In this document: piece by piece, positions 24,640 through 41,869 of the stretch | Layout: every line of letters starts with the position of its first letter | How positions within the stretch are numbered: the first letter of the stretch is position 1 | Notes under the pieces: generated by a model | The model's input: only the letters and a program-made list of their open reading frames with translations | Database searches by the model: none | Told to the model about the DNA's origin: nothing | Position numbers and translations under genes: made by a program | Origin: the human T2T-CHM13v2.0 reference genome, Homo sapiens | Length of the DNA stretch: 64,000 bases | Assembly (NCBI GenBank): GCA_009914755.4 | Contig: CP068257.2 | Span: 5,696,001 to 5,760,000, forward strand | Direction of reading: 5' to 3'

Positions 24640-27600
24640 ACTCACATAGGATTCCAGAACACTGCTACAAGGCTCTGAGTGTTTGTCCCTCACATAGGAT
24701 TCCAGAACACTGATGCCATTGTCTGAATGTTTGTCCCCCACATAGGATTCCAGAAGCCTGCTGCTGGGGTCTGAATGTTTGTCCCCCATCTAGGATTCCA
24801 GAACACTGCTGCGAGGGTCTGAATGTCTGTCCCTCACATATGATTCTAGAACATTGATGCTAGGGTCTGTATGTTTGCCCTTAACATATGATTTCAAAAC
24901 ACTGCTCCTGAATTCTGAATGTTTGTCCTTCACATAGGAATACAGAACACTGCTGCTGGAGTCTGGAAGTTTGTCACTCACATAGAATTCCAGAACACTG
25001 CTGTGAGGATCTGAATGTTTGACCCTCACATGGGATTCCAGAACACTGCTGCGAGGGTCTAAATGTCTGTCCCTCACATAGGTTTCCCGAACAATGTTAT
25101 GAGGTTCTGAATGTTTGTCCCTAACATAGGATTTCAGAGCACTCCTGCTGTGCTCTGAATGTTTCTCCTTCACATAGGATTCCAGAACACTGCTACGAGG
25201 GTCTGAATGCTTATCCCTCATATAGGATTCCAGAACACTCCTGCTGTGTTCTGAATGTTTGTCCCTCACATAGGATTCCAGAACATTCATGCTGGGGTCT
25301 CAATGTTTCCCTTAACATAGGATTTCAGAACACTCTTGGGGTCTGAATGTTTGTCACTCACATAGGATTACAGAACACTGCTGCTGGAGTCTGAATGTTT
25401 GTCAGTCACATAGAATTCCAGAACACTGCTACAAGGGTGTGAATATTTCTCCCTCACCTAGTATTCCAGAACACTGTTGCAAGGGTCTGAATGTTGGCCC
25501 GTCATATAGGATTCCAGAACACTGCTGCTGTGGTCTGAATGTTTGTCCCTCACATAGAATTCCGGAACACTGCTACAAGGGTCTGAATGTTTGTCCTTCA
25601 CATACCATTCCAGAACACTGCTGCCGTGGTCTGAATGTATGTCCCTCACATAGGATTCCAGAACACTGCCACGTGGGTCTGAATGTTTGCCCTCACATAG
25701 GATTCCAGAACACTACTGCTGGGGTCTGAATGTTTGACCCTCACATAGGATTCCAGAACACTCCTGCTGTGGTCTGAATGACCCTCACATAGGATTCCAG
25801 AACACTCCTGCTGTGGTCTGAATATTTGTCCCTCACATAGGACTCCAGAACACTGCTAAGATGGTCTGAATGTCCCTCACATTGTATTCCAGAACACTCC
25901 TTCTGTGGTCTGAATGTTTGTTCCTCACATAGGATTCGAGAACACTCCTGCTGTGGTCTGAATGTTTGTCCCTTACCTAGGATTCGAGAACATTCACACT
26001 GGGATGTAAATGCTTGCCCTTAACATAGGATTTCAGAACACTGCTCCTGGGGTCTGAAAGTTTGTCCCTCACATAGGATTCCAGAACTCTCCTGCTGTGG
26101 TCTGAAAGTTTGTACCGCACATAGGATTCCAGAACACTGCTGCTGTGGTCGGAATGTTTTTCTGTCACATAGGATTCCAGAACACTGCAGCTGGGTTCTG
26201 AATGTTTGTCCCTCACATAGGATTTCAGAACACTGCTACGAGGGTCTGATTGTTGGTCCCTCACATAGGATTCCTAAACACTGCTGCTGGGCTCTGAATG
26301 TTTGTCCCTCACATTGGATTGCAGAACACTACTGCTATGGTCTGAACGTTTGTCCGTCACATAGGATTCCAGAACGCTCCTGCTGTGGTCTGAATGTTTG
26401 TCTGTCACATAGGATTCCAGAACACTGCGGCTGGGGTCTGAATGTCCCTGACATAGGATTCCAGAACATTGCTATGAAAGTCTGAATGGTTGTCTTTCAC
26501 ATAGCATTCCAGAACACTGCTACGAGGGTCTGAATGTTGGTCCCTCACACAGGATTCCAGATCCCTCCTGCTGGGGTCTGAATGTTTGTCCCTCACAAAG
26601 GATTCCAGAACACTGCTATGAGGGTCTGAATATTTGTCCCTCACATAGGATTCCAGAACACTCCTGCTGTGGTCTGAATGGTTGTCCCTCACATAAGATT
26701 CCGGAACACTTCTGCTGTGGTACGAATGTTTGTGTCTCACGTAGGATTCCAGAACACTGCTACGAGGGTCTCAATGTTTGCCCCTCACATAAGATTCCAG
26801 AACACTGCTGCTGGGGTCTGAATGCTTGTCCCTCACATACGATTACAGAACACTGTTGCTGGGGTGTGAATGTTTGTCCCTCACATGGGATTCCAGACCA
26901 CTGCTGCTGGGGTCTCAATGTCTGTCCCTCAAAAAAGGATTCCAGAACACTGTTACAAGGGTCTGAATTTTTGTTCCTCACTTAAGACTGCAGAACACTG
27001 CTTCGAGGGTCTAAATGTCTGTCCTTCACATAGGATTCCAGAACACTGCTACGAGGGTCTGAATGTTTGTCCTTCACATAACATTTCAGAACTGCCATGG
27101 TCTGAATGGTTGTCCCTCACATAGTATTCCAGAACACTGCTATGAGGGTCTGAATGTTTGTACCTCACATAGGATTCCAGAACACTGCTATGAGTGTCTG
27201 AAAGTTTGTCCCTCACATAGGATTCCAGAAGACTGCTGCTGGGGTCTGAATGTCTGTCCCTCACATCGGATTCCAGAACACTGCTGCTGGGGTTTGAATG
27301 TCTGTCCCTCACATAGAATCCCAGAAGACTGCTGGGAGGGTCTGAATGTTTGTCCCTCACATAGGATTCCAGAACACTGCTACAAGGTTCTGAATGTTTG
27401 TCCCTCACATAGGATTCCAGAACACTGCTACGAGGGTCTGAATGTTTGTCCTTTACATAGGATTCCAGAACACTCCTTCTGGGGTCTGAATGTTTGTCCC
27501 TCACATAGGATTCCAGAGCACTCCTGCTGTGGTCTCAATGTTTTTTAATCACATAGGATTCCAGAACACTTCTACAAGGGTCTGAATGTTTGTCCCTCAC

Positions 27601-28815
27601 ATAGGATTCCAGAATATTCCTGCTATGGTCTTAATGCTTGTCCCTCACATAGGATTCCAGAACATTCATGTTGGGGTCTGAATGTTTGCCCTTATCATAG
27701 GATTTCAGAACAGTGCTCCTGGGGTCTGAATGTTTGTTCTTCATATAGGATTTAAGAACACTCCTGCTTTGGTCTGAAAGTTTGTCCCTCACATAGGATT
27801 CCAGAACTCTCCTGCTGTGGTCTGAAAGTTTGTCCTTCACGTAGGATTCCAGAACACTGCTGCTGTGGTTTGAATGTTTGTCCCTCACATAAGATTCCAG
27901 AACACTGCTACGAGGGTCTGAATGTTTGTCCCTCACATAGGATTCCTGAGCATTGTTGCCGTGGTCTGAATGTTTGTACCTCACATAGGATTCCAGAACA
28001 GTGCTACGAGGGTCTGAATGTTTCTCCCTCACATAGGATTCCTGAGCATTGTTGCCGTGGTCTGAATGTTTGTACCTCACATAGGATTCCAGAACAGTGC
28101 TACGAGGGTCTGAATGTTTCTCCCTCACATAGGATTCCAGAACACTTCTGCTGGTGTCTGAATGTTTGTACCTCACATAGGATTCCAGAACACTGCTGCT
28201 GGGGTCTGAACGTCTGTCCCTCAGATAGGATTCTAGAACACTGCTGTTGGGGTTTGAATGTCTGTCCCTCACATAGAATTCCAGAACACTGCTGCGAGTG
28301 TCTGAATGTTTGTCCCGCAGATGGGATTCTAGAACACTGCTGTGAGGGTCTAAATGTCTGTCCCTGACATAACATTCCAGCACACTGCTACAAGGTTTTG
28401 AAATGTTTGTCCCTCACATAGGATTACAGAGCACTCCTGCTGTGGTCTGAATGTTTGTCCCTCACATAGGATTCCAGAACACTCCTGCTGTGGTCTGAAT
28501 GTTTGCCCCTCACATAGGATTCCAGAACATTCCTGCTGTGGTCTGATTGTTCCTCAAATAGGATTCCAGAACACTGCTACGAGGTTCTGAATTTTTGCCC
28601 CTCACATAGGATTGCAGAACACTGCTACAAGGGTTTGAAAGTTTTCCCCTCACATAGGATTCCACAACACTCCTGCTGTGATCTGAATGTTTGTCCCTCA
28701 CATAGGATTCTCGAGCACTCCTTCTGTGGTCTGAATGTTTTTTCCTCACATAGGATTCCTGAAGACTGCTGCTGTCACTATAGTCGTTGCGAGTGTCTGA
28801 ATGCTTGACCTTCAC
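24640..28815. repeat. 48-bp satellite array, about 87 units (tcacataggattccagaacactgctrcgagggtctgaatgtttgtccc). It is possibly the CER/D22Z3-type 48-bp pericentromeric satellite.
   Basis: Unit length counted as 48 nt and repeated head-to-tail over 4.2 kb. Because 48 is a multiple of 3, it yields long periodic ORFs on both strands (HSDPRSSVLESYVRDK x n). The CER assignment rests only on my recollection that a 48-bp satellite exists near pericentromeres; I do not remember its consensus. Confidence 0.85.
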
Positions 28816-28960
28816 CAAACACTAAATATCCTGCCCCTTTAGTCTTGGACTTTCCAGCCTCCAGATCTGTGAGCAATAATCTCTGTTGTTTATGAATTAC
28901 TCAGTCTAAAGTATTTTGTTATAGTAGCCTAAAGAGACTAAGAGAGCATCACCTGCCCTG
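28815..28960 (+). mobile_element. MaLR LTR 3' end fragment.
   Basis: ttggactttccagcctccagatctgtgagcaataatctctgttgtttatgaattactcagtctaaagtattttgttatagtagcctaaagagactaag matches the MaLR 3' terminus (...gcctccagaactgtgag...ttgtttaagccacccagtct.tggtattttgttatagcagc...gactaa). Confidence 0.55.
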
Positions 28961-29099
28961 TCACCTCATCACCGCATTACTAAAGCTATACTAACAGCAG
29001 TCACCTTTAGTGGGTGCTTCATGCATGAGAATAAAGGGAAAAAATTGCAAGGCATACTAAAATCCAAAAAAAGAAAAAAATACAATTTGTGTCAACAGA

Positions 29100-30260
<1,161 letters not shown>

Positions 30261-30284
30261 TTTTTTAAAAAAGAGCATTAAAGA

Positions 30285-30900
30285 ATTGTGGTACAATAAA
30301 AACCTATGTATTTATTCTTAATTGATCTGACCAAGAAGTTCATAGACAATAACAAATACACACAGATAGATTATGTATGCTTATACACAAGTTAAATGAG
30401 TAACACTAATACAAGGAATGGAATGGAAGGATGGGAGGGAGGAATTGTGGTACAATAAAAACATGTATTTATTCATAATTGATCTGACCAATAAGTTTGT
30501 AGATAATAATAAATACACACAGATAGATTATGTATGCTTATACACAAGTGAAATAAGGAACAATAATACAAGGAATGGAATGGAAGGATGGGAGAGAGGA
30601 ATCAGGTGTTTTCTTTGTTAAGCAGGTAGTCACCCGTGAAGTGGGATAGTGTTATCTGAAAGTGGACTTGAATTGGTTGTAAATGTATATTGAGGAATTA
30701 GGTGTGTTCTTTGTTAAGCAGGTAGTCTTATTTGTGGGATAGTGGGATAGCGTTATTTGAAAGTGGACTTCAATTTGTTGTAAATGTTACTGAGGAATTA
30801 GGTGTTTTGTTTGTTAAGCAGGTAGTCTTATTTGTGGGATAGTGGGATAGTGTTATTTGAAAGTGGACTTGAATTGGTTGTAAATGTATATTGCAAATTC
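30285..30900. repeat. Local tandem duplications: 2 x ~157 bp (30285-30600), then 3 x ~100 bp (30600-30900).
   Basis: attgtggtacaataaaaac(c)atgtatttattc...caaggaatggaatggaaggatgggag repeated twice. aggaattaggtgt(g)ttctttgttaagcaggtagtc...gtgggatagtgttatttgaaagtggacttgaattggttgtaaatgt repeated three times. Confidence 0.8.
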
Positions 30901-31170
30901 TGTGGCAACTAGTTAAAAAAAAAGTTTTAAAAAGAGAAGTACATGCTAAGAAAGACAGGGAAAATGTAGTCATCTAAAATCATCAATGAAAACTGCAAAA
31001 GGCAGAAAAAGAGTGGTAGACAAAAGAATGGAGACTGAGGAGAATGAATAGAAAACAGTAACAAATATAGTAGATATTAATCCAATGATATCAATAATCA
31101 CTTTGAATGTTAATGGTATGAATGTACCAATTCAAAGATAAAGATTGTCAGAGTCTATCAAAAGACAGAC
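30900..31170 (+). mobile_element. L1 ORF2 5' end fragment.
   Basis: tcactttgaatgttaatggtatgaatgtaccaattcaaagataaagattgtcagagtctatcaaaa encodes the L1 ORF2 N-terminal motif (ITLNVNGLNSPIKRHRL..WIK). Confidence 0.55.
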
Positions 31171-31884
31171 ACATCTTGTTTCACTGCACTTTGCTTTATT
31201 GTGTTTTGTGACCATGTGTTTTACATATTGAAGGTTTGTGGCCACCCTGCAATAAGCAGGTCTCACTGGCACCATTGTTCCTACAGCACGTGCTCACTTC
31301 ACGTCTCCGTGTCACATTTCGGTCATTCTCACAGTATTTTAAGCTTTTTATTATTGAATCGGTTATAGTGATCTGTAATCAGTGATCTTTAATGCTACTG
31401 TTGTCATTGTTTTGGGAACCACAAATCACACCAGGATAAGACAGCAAACAATTGACAAATGCATTTGTTCTGACTGCCCCACCAATGGGCCATTTCTCTT
31501 TCTCTCTCTTTTTCTCAGGCTTCTTTTTATTAATATTAAAATGTGGCCAATTAATAACCCTAAAATAGCCTCTATATGTTCAAGTGAAAGAAGAGTTGCA
31601 TGTCTGTCACTTTAAACCAAAAGGAAGAAATAATTAAGCTTAGTGATGAAGGCATGCTGTAAGCAAGACAGGCCAGTAGCTAGACCTCATGCAACAAACA
31701 CTTAGCCAAGTTGTGAATGCAAAGGAAGTGTTCTGGAAAGAAATTTAAAGTACTACTCTAGTGAATACATGAATGATAAAAAGCTAAACAATCTTGCTGC
31801 TCTTATGAAGAAAGTTTAATTGGTCTAGATAGAAGATAAAAAAAAACAAAAAAAATTCCATTAAGCCTAAGCCTAACTCTCTTT

Positions 31885-32189
<305 letters not shown>

Positions 32190-33045
32190 TCTCCCTTCAA
32201 TTCTATGAAGACTTAGAGAGGTGAGGCAGCTGCAGAAGAAAAGTCTGAAGCTAGAAGAGCTTGTTTCTTGAGGTTTAAGGAAAAAAGTCATCTCCATAAC
32301 ATAAAAGCGCAAGATAAAGCAGCAAGTACTGATGGAAAAACTGCAGAAAGCTATCTAGAAGATAATTGATTAAGATGGCTACACTAAACAGATTTGCAAT
32401 GGAGACAAAACAGACTTCTACTAGAAGGAGATGCCATCCAGGATGTTCCCAGCTAGAGAGGAGTTGATGCCTGGCTTTAAGGCTTCAAAGGACATGCTGA
32501 CTCTTTTGTTAAGGCCTAATGCAATTGGTGATGTTAACTTGAAACCAATGATGATTTACTATTCTGAAAATCCAAGGGCCCTGAAGAATTATGATAAAAC
32601 ACAGCTCTGCCTGTACTCTACAAATGGGAACAAAGCCTGGATGACAGACTATCGGTTTACAAATACGGTTTACTGAATATCTTAAGCCCACTGTCGACAA
32701 CTACTGCTCAAGAAATAAGATTCCTTTCAAAGTATTACCGCTCAATGACAATGCCGCTGGTACTCAAGGGCTTTTACAGAGATGTATAAAGACCTGAATA
32801 TTGTTTTCATGCCTACTAACCCAACATTCATTCTGGTGCCCTTGGATCAAAGAATAATTTCAACTTTCAAGTCTTATCACTTAAAAATATATTCATAAAG
32901 CTATAGCTTCTTTAGAAAGTGATTCCTTTGATGGATCTGGGCAAAATAATTGAAAACCTACTGGAAAGGATTCACCATTCTAGATGTCATTGAGAACATT
33001 CATGATTTAAAAAAGATCAAAATAGCAACATTAGGAGAAGTTGGG

Positions 33046-33355
<310 letters not shown>

Positions 33356-33914
33356 TTATTCCAAACCTCACAGATGACACAGGGGTTCACGACTTCTGTG
33401 GAGGAAGTAACTGCAGATATGGTGGAAATAACAAGAGCACTAGAATCAGAGAAAGAGCCTGAAGATCTGGCGAGACTGCAGCAGCCTCTGGAGAAAAAGT
33501 GAGAGGATGAGTTGCTCCCACGGATGAGCAAAGAGAGTGGTTTCTTGAGATGAAATCTACTCGTGGTGAAGACAGTGTAAACAATGTTGAGATGACAACA
33601 GATTTACAATAAACTTGGTACAGCAGAAGGAAGGCTTGACAGGATTGAACCCAATGATTTACAATAATACATAAACTTAGTTGGTACAGCCGTACGAAGG
33701 TTTGACAGCATTGCATCCAATTTTGAAAGTTCTACTGTGGGTAAAAAGCTATCATCGTATGCTACAGTTAATTCTTTTGTGAAAGGGAGAGTCAATTGAC
33801 ACAGCAAACTTCAACGTTGTCTTATTTTAAGAAATTGCCACAGCCACCCCAACGCTCAGCAACCACCACCTTACATTAACATAAGACCCTCCATCAGCAA
33901 GAAGACTGAAACTT

Positions 33915-34190
33915 GGCCAGGTGCAGTGGCTCACACCTGTCATCCCAACACCTTGGGAGGCCAAGGTGGGTGGATTGCTTGAGCCCAGGACGTCAAGGCA
34001 ACGTGGCAAAACCCCATCTCTACAACAAAAAAAAAAAATACAAAAATTAGCTGGACATGGTGGCATGTACCTGTAGTCCCAGCTAGTCAGGAGTCTGAGG
34101 TGGGGGTTTGATTGAGCATGAGGTTGAGGCTGCAATTACTCCAGCCTGAGCCACAGAGTAAAACCCTGTCACACACACAAAAAAAGATTG
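33915..34190 (+). mobile_element. Alu (older, AluJ-like).
   Basis: ggccaggtgcagtggctcacacctgtcatcccaacaccttgggaggccaaggtgggtggattgcttgagcccagga.... Confidence 0.85.
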
Positions 34191-34451
34191 CAGCTTTCTG
34201 AAGGCTCAGATGACTGTTAGCACTTGTTAACAATAAAGTATTTGTAAATTAAAGTGTGCATACTTTGTAGACATATGCTATTGCACACTTTATACAGCAC
34301 AGTATAAACATACTTTTACATGCACTGGGAAACAAAAAGAAATTGTATAACACTTTATTGCAGTGGTCTGGAACCAAACCCACATATATCTCTGATGCAC
34401 GGCCGTCCTGTATTGTACACTTAAAAAAATACTTAAGAGGGTATATTTTAG

Positions 34452-34757
<306 letters not shown>

Positions 34758-34885
34758 TCTCATTTTTTAAAAAGGGTGAGAATGAGAAATATATGGGGGG
34801 TGATGGTCAAGTTTACGGTATTATTTGTTGTGATGAGTCCTGGGGCGAATATTTATCTCTATACTCATTAAGATGTATATATTCG

Positions 34886-35155
34886 GTGTCACATGCCTGT
34901 AATCCCAGCACTTTGGGAGGCCGAGGCAGGTGGATGATCTGAGGTCAGGCGTTCGAGACCAGCCTGGCCAACATGGTGAAACCCTGTCTCTACTAAAAAA
35001 ATACAAAAATTAGCCGGGCGTGGGGGTGCACGCCTGTGATCCCAGCTACTCAGGAGGCTGAGGCAGGAGAATTGCTTGAACCTGGGATGCAGAGGTTGCA
35101 GTTAGCTGAGATCATGTCACTGCACTCCAGACTGGGCAACAAGAGTAAAACCTCC

Positions 35156-35157
<2 letters not shown>
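34886..35157 (+). mobile_element. Alu (5'-truncated), followed by (CA)n at 35156-35193.
   Basis: cacatgcctgtaatcccagcactttgggaggccgaggcaggtggatgatctgaggtcaggcgttcgagacc.... Confidence 0.9.
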
Positions 35158-35194
<37 letters not shown>

Positions 35195-35216
35195 GGTATA
35201 TATTAAATATGTGTAA

Positions 35217-35858
<642 letters not shown>

Positions 35859-35988
35859 TAAAATTTAATAAAAAACAGGTATTTGCAAGTTTCCGTTTTG
35901 TTATATGCTTATTATTCTTTATATTTATGTCAGGTTGCTGTGTCAATACACTTAGGAGATCATAGTTTCTAAATTGAAATACAAATAA

Positions 35989-36333
<345 letters not shown>

Positions 36334-36479
36334 TAAAATTTACATTTCTGAGTTAAGAATGCTTAAAATGTTATAAAAACAGAAGCACAATTCATTATGT
36401 GTTTCATTAATTACCTTTATTAAAAACAACACAATTATATTACAATAGGACAAAAAATGTTTAAGCAAATGAAAACGAA

Positions 36480-36770
36480 ACCATGACATACCCAAACTCA
36501 GGAGGAGGCAACAAAGGCAGTGCTAAAGGGAAGCTTACAGCTCCAGATGCTTAAATTAAAAAGAAGATCTCAAACCCATGCTAAAGGGAAGCTTACAGCT
36601 ACAGATCCTTAAATTAAAAAGAAGAAAGATCTCAAACCCATGCTAAAGGGAAGCTTACAGCTGCAGATGCTTAAATTAAAAAGAAGAAAGATCTGAAACC
36701 CTTGCTAAAGGGAAGCTTATAGCTGCAGGTGCTTAAATTAAAAAGAAGAAAGATCTCAAATCAATAACCT
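36480..36770. repeat. ~60-bp tandem repeat x ~4.5 (gctaaagggaagcttacagctgcagatgcttaaattaaaaagaagaaagatctcaaacccat) at the 5' edge of an L1M fragment.
   Basis: Four and a half consecutive near-identical units read directly from the sequence. Confidence 0.85.
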
Positions 36771-37780
36771 AACATTACACCTGAAGGGGGGAAAAAAAAA
36801 CTAATGACAAACCAAGCAAAAGGAAGAAAATAACAGATTAGAGCAGAGATAAGCAGAATAAGACCAGAAAAAAGGAAAAAAACAGAGTTTGTTTTTTTAA
36901 AGATCAATAAAAATTTTAAAACTCACAGCTATATTAAGAAAAAAGAGAAATCTCAAATACTAAAATCATAAATAAAAGAGGTGACAGTACAACAGATTCC
37001 ACAGAAATGAAAAAGATTACAAGAGACTAATGTGAGCAACCATATGCCACAAAACTGGGCAACCTAGAATAAATTTATAAATTCCTAGAAACACAAACCA
37101 CCATACTGCATCATGGAGAAATAAAAAATCCAAAGAGACCTGTAACTAGTAAGAAGATTCAACCAGTAATCAAAAACCCCACCAAAAAGAAAATTCCAGG
37201 TCCAGATAACTTCACTGGAAAATTTTACCAAATATTTCAAGAAGAATTAATGCCAATCCTCTGCAAAATATTCCAAAAATGTTCAAAAACCAGAAGGGGA
37301 CATTCCAATCCATTTATCAGGTCAACGTTTATCTGGTTCCAGAGCCAGATGAACACCTTTTGTAATAAAAACACTCAAAGAATTAGTAATATATGGAAAC
37401 TCCTCGGTAAATAAAGATTATACATGAAAAGCTCACAGCTAACATCATACTCAATGGTGAAAGACTAAAATCTTTTCCTCTAGGATCAGGAATAAGATAG
37501 CAACATCTCTTCCTGCCACTTCTATTCATCACAGTACTGGAATTTCTACTCAGAATAATTAGTCAAGAGAAAGTAATAAAAAGGATGCAAATTGGAAAGG
37601 AAAAAGTACAAAATTTTGTTCACAGACAACAGGATGTAATGGGTAAAAATCCTGAAATTCCCAAAATACTGGTAAAATAATGAAATTCAACAAAGTTTCA
37701 GGATACAGTAACACACACAAGTCAGTTGCATTTCCATAAACTAACAATGAACAATCTGCAAATAAAATTTTAAAAAGAGA

Positions 37781-38546
<766 letters not shown>

Positions 38547-39289
38547 CTACAAAACACTGTTGAAAGAAATTAAACACAAATAAATGAAAAGAAAAGCTGG
38601 GTTTGCAGATTAGATGATTTCATCTTGGAATGATGTCAACACTACTCGAAGTGACCTAGATTCAATACAATCCTTATAAAGATTCCAATGACATTTTTGA
38701 TAAACAGAAAATCCTATCCTAAAATTCATATGGAATCTCCAGGGCCCATGAATAGGCAAATCAATCTTGAAGCAGAACAAAATTAAAGGTCTCAAAACAA
38801 TTACAAAACTGCAATAAGCCAAAAAAAAATGTGGTCATGGCGTAAAGACATACTTGACACACTTATGGACCAACACAACAGAGACCTCAGAAACCAACCC
38901 TGGCATATATGGTCTGATGATCTTCCACAAGGATGCCAAGACCACTCAATGGCGAAGGACAGTTTCTTCAACAAATGGTGTTGGGAAAATTGTATATCTA
39001 CATGCAAAACAATGAAGTTGGACTCTTACCTTACACCACGTTAAAATTAATTCAAAGTGAATTATAAACCTAAATGTAAAACTAGAACTATCAAACTCCT
39101 AGGGAAAACAAATTTGGAAAATGCTTTATGATGATGAATTTGTCAATAATTTTTAGGATATGACATTAAAAGCTCAGGCAGTAAAAGCAAAAATATATCA
39201 AACCTAAAAACTTCTGTACCACAAAGGTCACAACCAACAGGGTAAAAGGCAAACTGTAGAATAAAAGAAAATACCAGTTGAGTGTCCCT

Positions 39290-39530
39290 TATTTGAAATG
39301 CTTGGGATGTGTTTCAGATTTTGTAATATTTGCATTATTCTTACTGGTTGAGCATCTCGAATTCAAACACCTGAGTCTGCGATGCTCCAATAAGCATTTC
39401 CTTTGAGTGTCATGTTGGCACTCAAAAAGTTTCAGACTTTGGAGCATTTGGGATTTCAGATGTTTGGATCAGAGACATTCAACCTATAGTTGCACATCAT
39501 GTATCTCATAAGAAGTGAACATTCAGAATA
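39290..39530. mobile_element. DNA-transposon-like (Tc1/mariner, MER/Tigger-type) fragment.
   Basis: gtgtcccttatttgaaatgcttgggatgtgtttcagattttgtaatatttgcattatt...ggagcatttgggatttcagatgtttggatcag resembles the terminal regions of human mariner/Tigger-type elements (ccaaaatgcttgggacc...tttcggattttggattttt). The family is not resolved. Confidence 0.35.
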
Positions 39531-40559
39531 CGTAAAGTACTCCTACGGAGAGACTACCAGAAGCAGAGAGGAGCAGACACATTTTCACACTAGGGCACCT
39601 CCTATCTCTCCCGGATTCCAATTAGGGCAGAGTAAGTGCTAGTTCTCTGCCAACCCAGGATTAGGCCCTACAGCTGCAGTGAAAATAATCACAGAAGAAA
39701 ACTAAGAAATAAAAAAATGGAGAAAGTGAGACATCAAACTAAAATTACTAGAAACCCCAAGGAAGAAGGAAAAAGAAACGAAGAAAACAGAAAAACAATT
39801 AAACCAGTTAATTAAACCTTGGCATGACCAGAAGATCAGAGTTTCCTAAAGGAGTGGAAATTTATTGATTTGAAGAGGATTTATTGATTACTGATTTGAA
39901 GAGGAAGAAAAATCATGAATGGTCTAAAGCAAAAGCCTAGTGTCTGAAGAAGTCAGTAGGGTGAAAACAAGAGTTGGCCAGAATGTCCACAGATGGTGAC
40001 AAGTTGGCAAAGCCTTTACTAGACTACTCGTGAGGCTAACTAGAGTCCAAGGAGCCGACACTGCCCCTGTCCTTACAGAGAGACCCTACACAGGATTCCC
40101 AGATATACATGGAAGGACAACATCTTATCAGGTCCTCTCTGTGCAGATGTGGTTATCATTCCAAATAATGAGCTCCAGCCCCAAGACTGTTCCATCCTCA
40201 ATTGCTTTGAGTGGGCAATGTAGGCTCTCCACACACGACCTACATGTAGGTTCCTTGGGTACCCAGATGGGAGCCATGAAACACAAACCCTCCATGGTCA
40301 GGTCTGTATTTGTTTCCTGCCTTTTTCCCAGCAATCCCCAGGCCCCAGCAGCGGTAGTCTACCTCTGCTGATTCTCATTCAGAATCTAAACTTAGAAACA
40401 ATTAGAACCTAGACCCCAATTCTACCTGAAAGTAACAGAATAACATAATCTATACCCTGCAGCATGACTGTTTGCCCAACGTAATGAGGATGAACTGAGA
40501 GATAATGAATGATCATGACCCTGGCCCAAGTAATGAGAATGAACTGTGAGATAAATGAA

Positions 40560-41450
40560 TGATCATGACAAAAAACCCCGCTACAACCCAACAACAAAAT
40601 AAAGTGATTAAAAAATGGACAAACAACATTTATCCAAAGATGCAAAGATGATATACAAATAGCCAACAGATACATGAGATATATGAGAAGATGTGTAACA
40701 TCACTAGTCATTAGAGAAATGCAAAAAGAAACCACAATGGGACATCACTTCAAACCCAATAGAAAGTAACAAGCGCAGGTGAAACTGAAACCCTTGAACA
40801 CTGTTGGTGGAAATATGAACTGGCTCCTCAAAAAAAAATAAAATAAAATGACCATATGATCCAGCCATCCAACTACTACAGAGACAGAATAACTAGTAGC
40901 AGGACCTCAAACAGATATGTGCACACCTAAGTTCACAGCAGCATTACACAGCCACAAGGTGGAAGAAACAAAAACGTCCGTCCAGGAATAGGTGGATAAA
41001 CAAAAGCATATATATATATGATATATATTATATATATATATAATATATAATATATATAATATATATAATGTATGTATATAATATATATGTAATATATATA
41101 TAATATATATATGAAGAAATATTATTCAGCCATAAAAAGGAAGAAAATCGTGACACATCTGACACATAACATGGAACCTACTTACAAAACAACAAATATT
41201 ATATAACCCTAGGTATATAAGCCAAATTTTTAGAAACACAAAGTAGAATAGTACTTGCCAGGAGGTGGAAGGAGGGGGAAATTAATAGTTGTTGAATGGG
41301 TATAGAGATTTCCAAGATAAAAAAAAAATCTAGAAATCTGCTACACAACACCGTAAATATTCTTAACTCTACAAAACTGTATACTTACAACTAGTTACGA
41401 CGGTAAATTTTAAGGTATGTGTTTGTTACCAAAATTCTAAATAATAAATT
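40560..41450 (+). mobile_element. L1 3' end (ORF2 C-terminus + 3'UTR) with an internal AT-rich microsatellite at 40990-41110.
   Basis: ...ccaacagatacatgagatatatgagaagatgtgtaacatcactagtcattagagaaatgcaaaaagaaaccacaatgggacatcacttcaaacccaatagaa...gaaactgaaacccttgaacactgttggtggaaatatgaactggct...accatatgatccagccatccaactactacagagacagaataactagtag... is the L1 ORF2 C-terminal sequence. Confidence 0.8.
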
Positions 41451-41458
41451 ATTTATAA

Positions 41459-41758
<300 letters not shown>

Positions 41759-41869
41759 TATAAAAAAATATTTCAAAAAGCCAAAATATTAATCAAACTG
41801 GAATATTTAGAAATATTTAACCCAAAAGAAGTTAGGAAAGAATATATAGAAGATCAAAACACAGACGAA

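Noticed and set aside
24640-28815. A regular short-repeat array that could superficially suggest a CRISPR locus.
   Set aside because: This is eukaryotic (Alu/L1-rich) DNA. The repeats are contiguous with no unique spacers. It is a satellite, not CRISPR.
24556-28818. Many long ORFs on both strands (for example 27631..28383, 250 aa; 24790..25290, 166 aa; 27063..27548, 161 aa) with striking periodic peptides (SVLESYVRDKHSDPRS..., IPEHCY.GLNVCPSHR...).
   Set aside because: They are translations of the 48-bp satellite. 48 is a multiple of 3, so frames stay open by chance, and both strands are open simultaneously. There are no start or splice context, no known-domain resemblance and no codon-usage asymmetry.
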